Shown here piece by piece: positions 9,513 to 18,664 of a stretch of DNA of 64,000 nucleotides. The notes under the pieces were generated by a model. The model did not search any database and was not told the origin of the DNA. It saw only the letters and a list, made by a program, of their open reading frames with translations. Both the position numbers and the translations under genes were made by a program. The first letter of the stretch is position 1, and every line of letters starts with the position of its first letter. Origin of the DNA: a plasmid; the sequence record NZ_CP085281.1; one strand, written 5' to 3'.

Positions 9513-9896
9513 TCAGTTCGCTACGACCATCACTTGGCATTGGATGCCTGCTGCGGCGCTGAGGGAGGCGTCGGCGGTCACGACCGTGCAGTCCAGCGCT
9601 TCGGCCAGCGCGACGTAGCTGGCCGCGCCGGCGTCGAGGACCTCGCGCAGTTCCCACACCCGCGGGAGCAGTCCCAGCTCGCCGACCCGCCGGACTCCCA
9701 GGCCACGCCAGGCGTTCACGGCCGCCTGCGCCGTCTTCTCGTCGAGCTGCCCGAGCGCCAGGCAGCGCCGCAAGCCGTTGACCACCTCGATGTCGATCAC
9801 CTCCGGGGCCCATACCCGGTCACTGGCCAAGACCTTGCGGGCCTGCCCGGCATTGAGCAGCCCAGCCAGCGCGGCGGAGGCGTCCACGACGATCAC
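9513..9896 (-). CDS. vapC: PIN-domain toxin VapC
   Basis: IVVDASAAL N-terminus and acidic residues typical of PIN. GTG start at 9896..9894 overlaps the vapB stop. Confidence 0.8.
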   Translation of the reverse strand: MIVVDASAALAGLLNAGQARKVLASDRVWAPEVIDIEVVNGLRRCLALGQLDEKTAQAAVNAWRGLGVRRVGELGLLPRVWELREVLDAGAASYVALAEALDCTVVTADASLSAAAGIQCQVMVVAN

Positions 9897-10114
9897 TTTC
9901 CTGAACGTCCCTCGTCGACCGCGGCGACGATGTCGGTGGTGTCCACGCTGAGATCGGGTAATGCTGCCAGGAGGTCGGCGTTGTCGGCGCGCCGTGCCGC
10001 TTCGGCCAGCTCCCGCATCGCGTAGGTGTTCACCGAGACACGCTCGCGGGCGGCGAGCCGTTCGAGCCGTTCGATCACGTCGGCTGGCACGTTCCGTAGG
10101 TACACCGTTCCCAT
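9893..10114 (-). CDS. vapB: VapB antitoxin
   Basis: 73-aa protein MGTVYLRNVPADVIERLERLA.. immediately upstream of and overlapping vapC. ATG at 10114..10112. Confidence 0.7.
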   Translation of the reverse strand: MGTVYLRNVPADVIERLERLAARERVSVNTYAMRELAEAARRADNADLLAALPDLSVDTTDIVAAVDEGRSGK

Positions 10115-10142
10115 GTTGCACAATGCTAGCAGAATGCAACAT
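10113..10142. promoter_or_regulatory. inverted repeat ATGTTGCA-N14-TGCAACAT over the vapB start, candidate VapB operator
   Basis: Perfect 8-bp arms at 10113-10120 and 10135-10142, sited between the whiA stop and the vapB ATG. Confidence 0.4.
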
Positions 10143-10148
10143 CCGTCT

Positions 10149-11219
10149 CTATGCGCCTGCCTGGAGCGCCACCACCGACTCCGTATCGGCAAGCCCATGC
10201 GCGTACGCGTAACGATCCGCCTTCTCCAACAACCGCCGGATCCGCCCCGCCATCGCATCCTTCGACAACGGCGGCACCGCCAACCGCCCCAACTCCTCCA
10301 ACGTCACCGACCGATGCTCCAGACGCAGCCGCCCCGCCTCAACCAGGTCCTCCGGGACGCCATCGCCCAGGATCTCCAGCGCACGCTCCACCCGCGCCGC
10401 CGCCGTCGCAGCAGCTGCCGCCGCCCGATGGGTGTTCTGCTCCCGGAAACCTTGGGCCGCACGCCCAGCGGGTGTGACCTGATGGCGGCCACACCGCTCG
10501 ACCCACCGCGCTGCCGACTCCACCGCACCCATCGCCACGAGCAGCGCCGCGACCGCCTCGTCATCGGACACCACCACCAGCACCGCGCCCCGCACCTCGC
10601 GGACTTTCGCCGCGACGCCCAGGCGCCGCGCGGCACCGGCCAAAGCGATGGCAGCCTCCAACGCCGGCGCCTTCACCTGCAATGCCCGTGCCCGTCCCGG
10701 CTTACTGAGTTCCCCGCTGGCCATGAACGCTCCTCGCCATACCGCTCGCATGGCGTCGCGATCGCCGGCGACCACAGACGGCGGAAGACCGCGCACACGC
10801 TGGCCACCTCGATCGACCAGACCGACCCGCCGGGCGAATTCCTCGACGTCGTGGCGGATCTGCACTTCATGGCAGCGAGGGCGGTACTGGCGCACCTTCG
10901 ACGCCGAGACAACGCTGCGGCCCGGCTTCACCCTCAGCAACACCCTGGGCTCGTAAAGGTCCTTGATCATGACGTGCAGCCGGCGCGCGGCCTCGACGCT
11001 GTCCAGCTCGGCGGACACGATCGACTGTCCGTCGACGCAATCCAGGACGCCGGCGAACCGCATCACGGTGGCGACCTCGACGCGCCGCAGGGCCGGTGAC
11101 TGCACCGGCACGCCGGACAACTCGAGCTTCACTTCACTGGCCACCTGCTTGAGCCTTCCCACTCGGCGATCACTCCAGCCTAAGGCGGGTTTCGGGCCCA
11201 AACCGTTGCCGAACGACAT
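10149..11219 (-). CDS. whiA: WhiA-like transcriptional regulator (paralog in accessory context)
   Basis: Near-colinear similarity to mycobacterial WhiA: RFAGVLD, GAFMASGELSKPGRARALQV, LAGAARRLGVAAKVREVRGA, ARVERALEILGDGVPE, C-terminal HTH region LEELGRLAVPPLSKDAMAGRIRRLL. Confidence 0.75.
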   Translation of the reverse strand: MSFGNGLGPKPALGWSDRRVGRLKQVASEVKLELSGVPVQSPALRRVEVATVMRFAGVLDCVDGQSIVSAELDSVEAARRLHVMIKDLYEPRVLLRVKPGRSVVSASKVRQYRPRCHEVQIRHDVEEFARRVGLVDRGGQRVRGLPPSVVAGDRDAMRAVWRGAFMASGELSKPGRARALQVKAPALEAAIALAGAARRLGVAAKVREVRGAVLVVVSDDEAVAALLVAMGAVESAARWVERCGRHQVTPAGRAAQGFREQNTHRAAAAAATAAARVERALEILGDGVPEDLVEAGRLRLEHRSVTLEELGRLAVPPLSKDAMAGRIRRLLEKADRYAYAHGLADTESVVALQAGA

Positions 11220-11259
11220 GATCTGCGGGGCACTTCGGCGGGTCGAGGAGTCGCTGCAG

Positions 11260-11856
11260 CTATTGCGACAGCAGATTTGCCCACCAAGCGATGCCGGGGT
11301 TCAGACGGACTGCCACATCCTGCACGTGCCGCTTGTCGCCTTCATAGAACCCCGGAACACTGGCGCCATTGGGCAGCGCACCCGAGGACATCCATTCGTT
11401 GAAGGTGTCGAACATCGCAGTCATGCTCAAGAACACCGGGGCTGGAATCTCACCCAGGAAATCGTCGATGACTCGACGGTTGCCGGTCTCGTCTGCCTGG
11501 GTCTCAACCAGGTAGGCATTGCCGTCATCTTGCAGCAACGGGAACGCGTCCTGCCACGGCGGTTCCGCGTAGTCGTTCGACCGCCGATAAGCCCACTCTT
11601 GAAGGGCATCCTCGAAGCTCAACAGCCAGTAAATTCCGTAGAACCTCGGCTGATCGGGACCGTATTGGTAGCCCGAGACCAGGTTGAACGCCCCGTAGAA
11701 CTCGCGGATATCCGATGGTGGTTGCGGCAGCCCGGCCTGACCAAGCAGGTCATCCATTCGCTTCACCGAAACGCCCGGAAGCAGGTACCGGGTGAACTCA
11801 TCGCCCGCTGCCGATAGCCGCTCGAACAGCCGGGTCGCCGACTCAACTACTGACAC
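11260..11856 (-). CDS. possible SMI1/KNR4 (SUKH-1) family protein
   Basis: LPQPPSDIREFYGAFNLVSG resembles the LPxDYxxFlxxxNG motif. 198 aa is typical of the family. Confidence 0.4.
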   Translation of the reverse strand: MSVVESATRLFERLSAAGDEFTRYLLPGVSVKRMDDLLGQAGLPQPPSDIREFYGAFNLVSGYQYGPDQPRFYGIYWLLSFEDALQEWAYRRSNDYAEPPWQDAFPLLQDDGNAYLVETQADETGNRRVIDDFLGEIPAPVFLSMTAMFDTFNEWMSSGALPNGASVPGFYEGDKRHVQDVAVRLNPGIAWWANLLSQ

Positions 11857-11952
11857 CGGCTCAGACTAAGGGGGCTCGCGTGAACCGATTCTCCTGCGAC
11901 AGTTGACCGGAGATAACGGCCGGGGCCGTGCCATTTCCCCTGGTCAGGCCAG

Positions 11953-12921
11953 TCAGCGGCGTTCACGGGCAAGGTCTCCGTCGGTGAACCGTGCGATGGC
12001 TTCCCGCACGGCCGCGCCCATGGCGGGGCTGCCGGTATGTCCGGAGTCCTCGATCACCACCAGCTCGGCGGCCGGCCACGCCTGGGCCAGCTCCCACGCT
12101 GAAATCAGCGGACAGGACAGGTCCAGACGACCGTGAATGAGAATCCCAGCGATTCCGGCGAGCCCTCCTGCGTCGCGCAGCAGCTGATCCTCGGTCAGCC
12201 ATCCGTAGTGAGCGTAGAAGTGTGTGCAGATCCGCACGAACGCCAACTTCTCCTCCGCGGGCTTGGCGCTGAACTGGCCTGGCCGCCCGTGTGTTTCGTG
12301 CGCGATCGCCGCGTCCTCCCACAGGCCCCACTCATGGGCGGCGTGGTCACGCACGCTTCGGTGGGGGTGTTCCATGAGCTGCCGGTAGGCCTCGACGAGA
12401 TTGCCACCTCGCAGATGTGTGGGCACCGCGGCCCGGAACCGGTCCCACTGCTCGGGAAGCAGAATCCGCAATCCGCCGTACAGCCAATCGATCTCGCGAC
12501 GACGAGTTGTCGAGATGCTGATCAGGATGATGCCTTCGACCCGCTCTGGATGGCGCTGCGCGTACGCCAGGATGAGCGTCGAAGCCCAGGAGCCGCCGTA
12601 CAGCAACCACCGCTCCACGCCCAGGGCCTGCCGTAGCTTCTCCATGTCGCCCAGCAGGTGTTCCGTGGTGTTGACGCTCATATCCGTGGACGGGTCCGCG
12701 GCGCTCGGCCTGCTGTCCCCGCAGCCACGCTGATCGAACGACACAATGCGAAAGACGCTGTGGTCGAACGCTTTATGGGCGGTGCGGGAGCGGCCACTAC
12801 CGGGCCCGCCGTGAACGAGCAGCACGGTGCGACCCACCGGATTGCCGCGCTCCTCCCAGAACATCTGGTTGCCGTCGCCGACGTCGAGCCAGTCACCCAT
12901 CAGCGACGGCTCCCGGCTCAC
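11953..12921 (-). CDS. pip: proline iminopeptidase (alpha/beta hydrolase)
   Basis: HGGPGSG oxyanion region, nucleophile elbow GGSWAS, overall prolyl aminopeptidase-like order. Confidence 0.8.
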   Translation of the reverse strand: MSREPSLMGDWLDVGDGNQMFWEERGNPVGRTVLLVHGGPGSGRSRTAHKAFDHSVFRIVSFDQRGCGDSRPSAADPSTDMSVNTTEHLLGDMEKLRQALGVERWLLYGGSWASTLILAYAQRHPERVEGIILISISTTRRREIDWLYGGLRILLPEQWDRFRAAVPTHLRGGNLVEAYRQLMEHPHRSVRDHAAHEWGLWEDAAIAHETHGRPGQFSAKPAEEKLAFVRICTHFYAHYGWLTEDQLLRDAGGLAGIAGILIHGRLDLSCPLISAWELAQAWPAAELVVIEDSGHTGSPAMGAAVREAIARFTDGDLARERR

Positions 12922-13895
12922 CGTGAGGCGGGCGGGGCGACGACGGTCGTCGTCGGAGCAACCGGGGCCGGGCCCGCCGGGGCAGCGCTACCAGCCGCGG
13001 GGGTGCCGGAGCTGGCGGCCGGAGCCGCGGCGGTCGGGGCCGGCGTCGGGCTCACTTCAGTACCTGACGGTGTGCTCGCCCCCGTAGACGGGACCGGTGT
13101 TCCCGTGCTGCCTGGCACCGGCGTGCCTGTGCTGCCAGGCACCGGCGTGCCTTGACTTCCTGGGGCGACCGGGGTGCCTGCACTACCTGGTTCGGCTGGG
13201 GTTCCGGCGCTACCTGGGGAAACGGGTGTGCCCTGGCTGCCCGGAACGGGCGCGCCGGCGCTGGCCGGCGCTGCCACAGGAGTGGCGCCCGCCGGCGCGG
13301 CCTCAGCCGCGGCCGTAGGAGCCGCCCCGCCTGTTGCTGAACTCGCCGACGATCCCGAACCGGACGACGCAGTCCGCGGCGGTGCGGGCGGCGGCTGCAC
13401 CCACACCGCGAGATCCGGGCCACCTGCGTTGTAGACCACGCTGTCGGGGACATCACCGGTGACGTCGAAGTACACCTTGCCCGAGGTCTGCTGTCCCTGG
13501 GCCAGCGCAGCCGGGTTGACCCCTTGCGGTGTCGCCACACCGAAGAGCACCCGGTAGGTCTGACCACTGCGGGCCCGGGCATTGAGATTGGACACCACGG
13601 GCTGCACGGTGCCCCGCACTGCTACGTCGGAAGCCGTTGCCTCCCAGAGCGTTCCGGCCACCGCGTACGGGATGGCGTCCGCGCTCGGCTTGAGGCCCGT
13701 GACCGTCCACGCCTGCACCACATCGCCATTGACCAGCTGGGCTGGGCCCCCCAGCGTATGGATCACCGAGTCCTCAGCCGAGGCCACGGGCGCGAACACC
13801 GCCCCAACGCTGACTACCGCGGCGGCGGCGATCACGGCTCTCGAAGCAGCACTCAACGGTTCATCTCCTTGATCGACGAAGCGGCTATCAACCAA
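12918..13895 (-). CDS. MPT63/MPB63-like (DUF1942) secreted protein with C-terminal Pro/Gly/Thr repeats
   Basis: Blocks WEATASDVAVRGTVQPVVSNLNARARSGQTYRVLF and QGQQTSGKVYFDVTG closely match MPT63. N-terminal signal-like segment. C-terminal PGS(T/Q/A)GTPV repeats. Confidence 0.7.
   Translation of the reverse strand: MVDSRFVDQGDEPLSAASRAVIAAAAVVSVGAVFAPVASAEDSVIHTLGGPAQLVNGDVVQAWTVTGLKPSADAIPYAVAGTLWEATASDVAVRGTVQPVVSNLNARARSGQTYRVLFGVATPQGVNPAALAQGQQTSGKVYFDVTGDVPDSVVYNAGGPDLAVWVQPPPAPPRTASSGSGSSASSATGGAAPTAAAEAAPAGATPVAAPASAGAPVPGSQGTPVSPGSAGTPAEPGSAGTPVAPGSQGTPVPGSTGTPVPGSTGTPVPSTGASTPSGTEVSPTPAPTAAAPAASSGTPAAGSAAPAGPAPVAPTTTVVAPPASR
13080..13260. repeat. imperfect 24-bp tandem repeats encoding PGSxGTPV in the MPT63-like gene
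   Basis: Units such as accggtgttcccgtgctgcctggc and accggcgtgcctgtgctgccaggc repeat six to seven times. Confidence 0.6.
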
Positions 13896-14085
13896 AAGCT
13901 AACAGCGCTGGCCACCGAAACCGCCTCCCGCGGGCCAGTGGAATCCCATTGCTGCGACGGGGCCTCGCACGTTATCGATCCTCGGCCATCCCGCAGCCCC
14001 TCTAACCAGGCCACATGCCACGTCCCCATCAATTGCCCAGCCGCCACACGCTCGCCAACGCCTCGAACGGAAATACCCTTGACCG

Positions 14086-14970
14086 ATGGACTGGCCAGAC
14101 GCAGCCGCGGGTCGCGATCGCCGCCAAAGCGGCGACTTCGACGTCGACTGGCCATACCGCGACCACGACGTCGCCGGCTTCCTCGCCCACGCAACCCCAG
14201 TCGGAACCATCGACGAGGACGCGCTCCCACCACAACTCGCCGCCAAGCGCCGACGCCGCGGCCACCAACACACCACCTATCCACCAATCACCTGGCGCCA
14301 ACTCGCCACCCATCCCGCATGGCGCTACACACCATCCGAACGCCGCGCCCTGCGTGCCGCCACCATCTGCTGGCCCACCTCGCGCGAGGACCTCGCCGGC
14401 TACGCCAACGCCGACGTCCTCGAAGCCGAATGGGACGCCCGCTTCGGCCACACCCACTACACCCACGCCGGCGCCGCCGCGCTCGTCTGGCCCGAACCAA
14501 ACGCCATCACTGCGGCCTACAGATCAGCCAAATCCGCGCGCCACAGCCGACTCTGGAAGACCGACCTCCTCGATGTCCACCACGCTCGCATCGATATCGA
14601 CGGCCGCCTCAACCTCATCGTCGCCGCGGCCCACCGGCTGTGGCGGACACACGCCGACACGCACCTGCACTTCGGCTCCACCGACACCGATGACTGGACG
14701 CGACTACTGACAGCCATCGACGCCCTCACCGAATACGCACGCATTCTCAATGGTCGGGCAGACCGACTGATCGCCTACCGCGAGATCCTGTGCCTCGACG
14801 TAGAGGACCGCTGGATCCGACTCGAGTTCGGCCTGCCGCTGGAATCGACCGCGCTGGACCGCCAGGCCCTCGATCGCGTGGTTGAGCAGGAACTATCTGA
14901 CCTCCTCGATGGGCTGGCCAGCACGGTTCGAGATGCCGACGTCCCGCCGTCGTTGGGAGCGCCGGAATGA
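14086..14970 (+). CDS. hypothetical protein
   Basis: 294-aa ORF with unbiased composition. Competing antisense ORFs are Arg-rich. Confidence 0.4.
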   Translation: MDWPDAAAGRDRRQSGDFDVDWPYRDHDVAGFLAHATPVGTIDEDALPPQLAAKRRRRGHQHTTYPPITWRQLATHPAWRYTPSERRALRAATICWPTSREDLAGYANADVLEAEWDARFGHTHYTHAGAAALVWPEPNAITAAYRSAKSARHSRLWKTDLLDVHHARIDIDGRLNLIVAAAHRLWRTHADTHLHFGSTDTDDWTRLLTAIDALTEYARILNGRADRLIAYREILCLDVEDRWIRLEFGLPLESTALDRQALDRVVEQELSDLLDGLASTVRDADVPPSLGAPE

Positions 14971-14987
14971 TTCCTCACGCTGCCGTG

Positions 14988-15015
14988 TTGCAATGTGCTA
15001 GCATGGTGCTATCAA
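14988..15015 (+). promoter_or_regulatory. putative promoter, TTGCAA (-35), 16-bp spacer, TATCAA (-10), upstream of the 15040 gene
   Basis: Hexamers at 14988-14993 and 15010-15015. The spacer contains GCTAGCA, similar to the vapB operator region at 10113-10142. Confidence 0.3.
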
Positions 15016-15039
15016 TCTAGTCTCGGAAGGAGGCCCGCC

Positions 15040-15672
15040 ATGGCACAAAACGCACAGCTGGACGCTCCCTTTACCAGTGACGCACCGAACTGGGAGAGCT
15101 ACGCTTTACCCATGGAGGGAAACCGACCGCCCCTGAGCGCACCACCTGGGCCTCCCGCCCAGTGGCCGCCCTACTATCCGCCCGCCAAGCCGGCGCGGCG
15201 GTGGCTTCCCGTCGCCATCATCGTCGCAGCCATCATCATCGCCACGGCGATCATCGGCGCTGTCGTCCTGACCCGCAGCCCCAACACCGCTGCCCCTGCC
15301 GCCGGCCCGGCCCCGACCGCGATCGGCAGCGCGCCCGCTCAAGCCGGCAACACCGCTAGCAACTCGACCTGCGAGGCATGGCCATCTACAAAGGCCGCGC
15401 TCAACGCGATCCCGCAGCTGCCATCGGGATGGGACTGGAACACCCCCAATATCGACACGTACATCCAGAACCGGACGGCTGCGATCGCCAAAGCCCTTGA
15501 TCTCTTCGAGCCGGAGATCTCCGGCGAGCCAGCCGCTACGACGGCACGGCAGTACGTTGCTGAGCGCCGCAATGAGATCACCATGCTCCGCAATCACACC
15601 TACACGCAGGCGGATGGTGTGGCTGCAACGGCTGCATCTGCACGGCTTGATCAGCTCTGTGGTGTGAGCTAG
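15040..15672 (+). CDS. hypothetical Pro-rich membrane-anchored or secreted protein
   Basis: ATG at 15040 preceded by GGAAGGAGG. Pro-rich N-terminus then hydrophobic segment VAIIVAAIIIATAIIGAVVL. Confidence 0.55.
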   Translation: MAQNAQLDAPFTSDAPNWESYALPMEGNRPPLSAPPGPPAQWPPYYPPAKPARRWLPVAIIVAAIIIATAIIGAVVLTRSPNTAAPAAGPAPTAIGSAPAQAGNTASNSTCEAWPSTKAALNAIPQLPSGWDWNTPNIDTYIQNRTAAIAKALDLFEPEISGEPAATTARQYVAERRNEITMLRNHTYTQADGVAATAASARLDQLCGVS

Positions 15673-15688
15673 GGCGGTAGTCGAGGAC

Positions 15689-18277
15689 GTGCCTCCAAAA
15701 CCGACTACGCCGCACGCTTCTGAGATCCTCCAGAACTACTGGGAGGATTCATTGGATCCGGGCGAGCTGATGCGGCGCTCGGTGGAGATGACGACCCTCT
15801 CGGGCAAGCTCGTAGCTGCCGCTGAGGACGGCCAGGTCGCCGCCATACGACTGCTCAACTACGGGCAGGGCGACCTGGCCGACGTCATCTCCGGCGCCTG
15901 GACCAAGTACTTCGTCAACGTAGGCCTCGTAGGCGCTCAGGTCGGCGAGGCCGGTGCATGCCTCGGCGCTTGGGCCACCACGCTTGGCGCCATGCTGGCA
16001 GAAATGGACGCGGTCGTCGGCTGGGCCGAAGCCGCCATCGAAGCCTTCGAAGCTGCACGTGTCGCAGAAGAGATGGCCGGCATCGACGTCGACCAGCTCA
16101 TCGAGCAAGTCAAGAACGAAGCAAAGACCCAAATTCAAGCTATTTCTGGCGCCGCCATGGGCGCACTCGCCGCCGTACCCAGCTGGGCCGGGAGTGTTCC
16201 CGCCTCGATGCCCATGCCGGGGAGCATGCCGGGGGGCGTTGGGAAGCCCGGCAGCGAAGTTACTGCAGGACCCGGTCAGGCACCCGCAACGCCGGCTACT
16301 ACCGGAAGCTCATCCGGAGTGACCACTGGCCCCGGGCAAAGCGGTTCAAGCGCTCAGCCACTTAGTAATTCGTCAGGTGTGACCCAGGGACCGAGTCAGG
16401 CAGGTGGTACTCCTACCACCCAAGGGGCTGCCAACCCCTCCGGCGTCACTAACGGACCCGGGCAAGCTGCGGTCAGCCCGGCCGGATACAACGCCCAGGG
16501 CGGCATGAGTGGTGGCGCGCCATCCACTTCCGGCCCAGCTAGTGGGGCTGGCGGCTCGGGTTCTATGCCGGGATCTTCGACTCCCAGTGGGGCCGCCGCT
16601 GGTGGGCCTGCTGGCAGCACAACAACACCCGCAGGTGCATCTTCGCCGGCTACGCCTTCTTCCGGTGCAAGCGCCGGCGGACCTGGCGTTGGCGCCAGCT
16701 CCGGAACTGGGTCAGGCAGCTCTGCGCCCGGCACGCCTAATAGTGCGTCAGGCGGTGCTGCTCCTGCTTCTTCCACAAGCCCTGCAGCGGAGCCCGTTTC
16801 GCATTCGTCTGCTACGGCGTCGCCCGCGGCTCAAGGGCCGGCGGCCGCGCCGGCCGCAGTCCATGCTGCGGGTTCTGAAGTCGCGGCTCCGGTTGCGGCT
16901 AATGCCGCTGGTCCTGCTGCGGCTGCGCCTGCTGCGGCGTCTGCGCCGTTGTCTGCGGCGCCATTGAGTGCGGCGGCTTCGCCTTTGGCTTCGGCTGCTG
17001 CTGGAGCCGTGCCGGCGCCGCCGCCGGCGCCTGCGCCGCCGCCGGTGTCTCCGTTGTCGCCGATGGCTCCGGGTGGTGCTGTGCCGCCGCCTCCTCCGTC
17101 GGTTGCGGCTCCGCCGCCTCCTGTGGCTGGTGTGCAGGCAGCTGCTACGCCGGGGCCTGCTCCCGCGCCGGCTCCGGCTCCGGGTCATGCGCCGCCGCCT
17201 GGTCCTCCCGCTCCGTCCGCGCACACTTCGGCGCCGTCGTCGACGCCGGTGTCCAACTCGCAGCAGCAGAATCAGGATTCCTCTGCGCCGCCGGCGGCCG
17301 GTCCGTCCGCGGGTGGCGGGTCGGGTCCGATCATTGCGCCTCTTGGTGGTGGAAACGATGCGTTGATCGTGCCCGCTGTGCTGGTGCCTCCGGTGAGTCC
17401 TGTTGTGTCCTTTGGTGATCAGGATTTGGCGACGGTGCGGTCGGTGGTTGAGGCGGCCGGTGGCGCGGCTCATGTGCATTGGGCTGCTGGCATGGTGGTG
17501 ACGAGTGGTCGGCGCCAGGTTGTGCTGACGTCTGACCGTGGCCGCGGTTGGATTCCGGCCGAGGCGTTCGTCCCTGCTGATGTGATGAGCCCGTGGTCGC
17601 ATGAGGACTCGTGGCGGTGGGAGGGGCTGCTTGACCCGGCCCGGGTGATCGTTGAGTTCGCGGCGGCCGCCGGCGGCCAGTTGACTGCGCTGGCGACGAC
17701 GTTCTCCAGTGCACCTGCCGTGGCGGCGGGTGTGCCGTGGGCTTTGGTGGATGGGACTGATCGAGCGCATCCCGAGCTGCTCAGCGGTCCTGTCGTGACC
17801 CGGTTCGAGCTGCAGGTGTCGACCGAGCGGCGCCGCGCGGTGAAAACCATCACAGATTCGGTGAAGCAGCGGGAGCAGGTGCTGTGGCTGGCGTTCAGCG
17901 CTGATGAGAAGGCGGGATCGTCGCCGACGCGGCTGCGGATGCTGACGACGTTCCGTGACCAGCTGAGCCGGATCGACAATGCGCGGTGGGTGGCTGCGTT
18001 GCCGTGGGAGCCGCTGGAGGAAGAGCACCACCAGCTTTGTGTGCAGGAACGTGCGGCGCGGGTTGATGTGCGCGATGTGCCCGTTGGCCAGGTGGACACT
18101 GAGGGCGGGGCGGGGCGTGCACTGTTGGCGCAGGCGTATGCGACTGAGGCCGTGATGGCGCTGCGCAACCCGGTGGCGTTGCGTGCGTTGGCCGACGCTA
18201 CATACTCATGGTCCATGCTGCTGGACAATCAGGCCTCAGAGCCTGCACCGACGGCTCCTGAATTCGCCGGCCGGTAA
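15689..18277 (+). CDS. large hypothetical protein with helical N-terminal domain, long Gly/Ser/Pro/Ala low-complexity linker and C-terminal globular domain (ESX-substrate-like architecture)
   Basis: 862-aa ORF. The N-domain, roughly 300-aa disordered linker and C-domain layout resembles Esp-type secreted proteins. No specific motif recognised. Confidence 0.6.
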   Translation: MPPKPTTPHASEILQNYWEDSLDPGELMRRSVEMTTLSGKLVAAAEDGQVAAIRLLNYGQGDLADVISGAWTKYFVNVGLVGAQVGEAGACLGAWATTLGAMLAEMDAVVGWAEAAIEAFEAARVAEEMAGIDVDQLIEQVKNEAKTQIQAISGAAMGALAAVPSWAGSVPASMPMPGSMPGGVGKPGSEVTAGPGQAPATPATTGSSSGVTTGPGQSGSSAQPLSNSSGVTQGPSQAGGTPTTQGAANPSGVTNGPGQAAVSPAGYNAQGGMSGGAPSTSGPASGAGGSGSMPGSSTPSGAAAGGPAGSTTTPAGASSPATPSSGASAGGPGVGASSGTGSGSSAPGTPNSASGGAAPASSTSPAAEPVSHSSATASPAAQGPAAAPAAVHAAGSEVAAPVAANAAGPAAAAPAAASAPLSAAPLSAAASPLASAAAGAVPAPPPAPAPPPVSPLSPMAPGGAVPPPPPSVAAPPPPVAGVQAAATPGPAPAPAPAPGHAPPPGPPAPSAHTSAPSSTPVSNSQQQNQDSSAPPAAGPSAGGGSGPIIAPLGGGNDALIVPAVLVPPVSPVVSFGDQDLATVRSVVEAAGGAAHVHWAAGMVVTSGRRQVVLTSDRGRGWIPAEAFVPADVMSPWSHEDSWRWEGLLDPARVIVEFAAAAGGQLTALATTFSSAPAVAAGVPWALVDGTDRAHPELLSGPVVTRFELQVSTERRRAVKTITDSVKQREQVLWLAFSADEKAGSSPTRLRMLTTFRDQLSRIDNARWVAALPWEPLEEEHHQLCVQERAARVDVRDVPVGQVDTEGGAGRALLAQAYATEAVMALRNPVALRALADATYSWSMLLDNQASEPAPTAPEFAGR

Positions 18278-18313
18278 GACCGGGTTCGCACATCGTCGTT
18301 GTGCGGCAGGCCC

Positions 18314-18551
18314 TTACGTTGCTGGGCTACAGGCTTTGATCGCGGCGTTCTTCTCGCTGATGGTGATCGGCAGTTCGTACTTGGCGAGAATGGTCACGTA
18401 CTGGGTAGCGAAGGGGCAACGAGCCGCGGGGTTCGGAGGCATCCACTCATCAAGGCCGTCATCGGATTTCGCGTTGTTGACCGAGGAAGAGATGGCGCGT
18501 AGCTCGATGGGGTCATTGGCGAAGATCTGACGCTTGCGCGAATCCCATTGC
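18314..18551 (-). pseudogene. 3' portion of the same nuclease gene on the other side of IS21
   Basis: Removing the IS and one TSD copy restores an in-frame junction AWQ-WDSRKRQIFANDPIELRAISSSVNNAKSDDG, an HNH-like N..L..N..K tail. Confidence 0.55.
18547..18551. repeat. target-site duplication ATTGC (left copy) of the IS21 insertion
   Basis: Identical pentamer immediately outside both IS21 termini. Confidence 0.55.
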
Positions 18552-18664
18552 TGTCCGTGGCCATGAAAAAGTACCCACTGGTGGCCAAGTGGAGGTATCC
18601 GCTGGTGGCCGGATAAAAGTACCCACCCCGTGTTCGTCGTGTCGATCAGGAACTGCGGGCCCCG

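Noticed and set aside
9513-10258. Long N-terminal extensions of the listed vapC (209 aa) and vapB (121 aa) ORFs
   Set aside because: The extensions are Arg-rich and overlap the neighbouring gene. Internal GTG/ATG starts give canonical VapC and VapB lengths with a start-stop overlap.
13080-13260. Possible CRISPR-like array
   Set aside because: Repeats are contiguous 24-bp coding units with no spacers, inside an intact ORF. No CRISPR arrays seen anywhere in the window.
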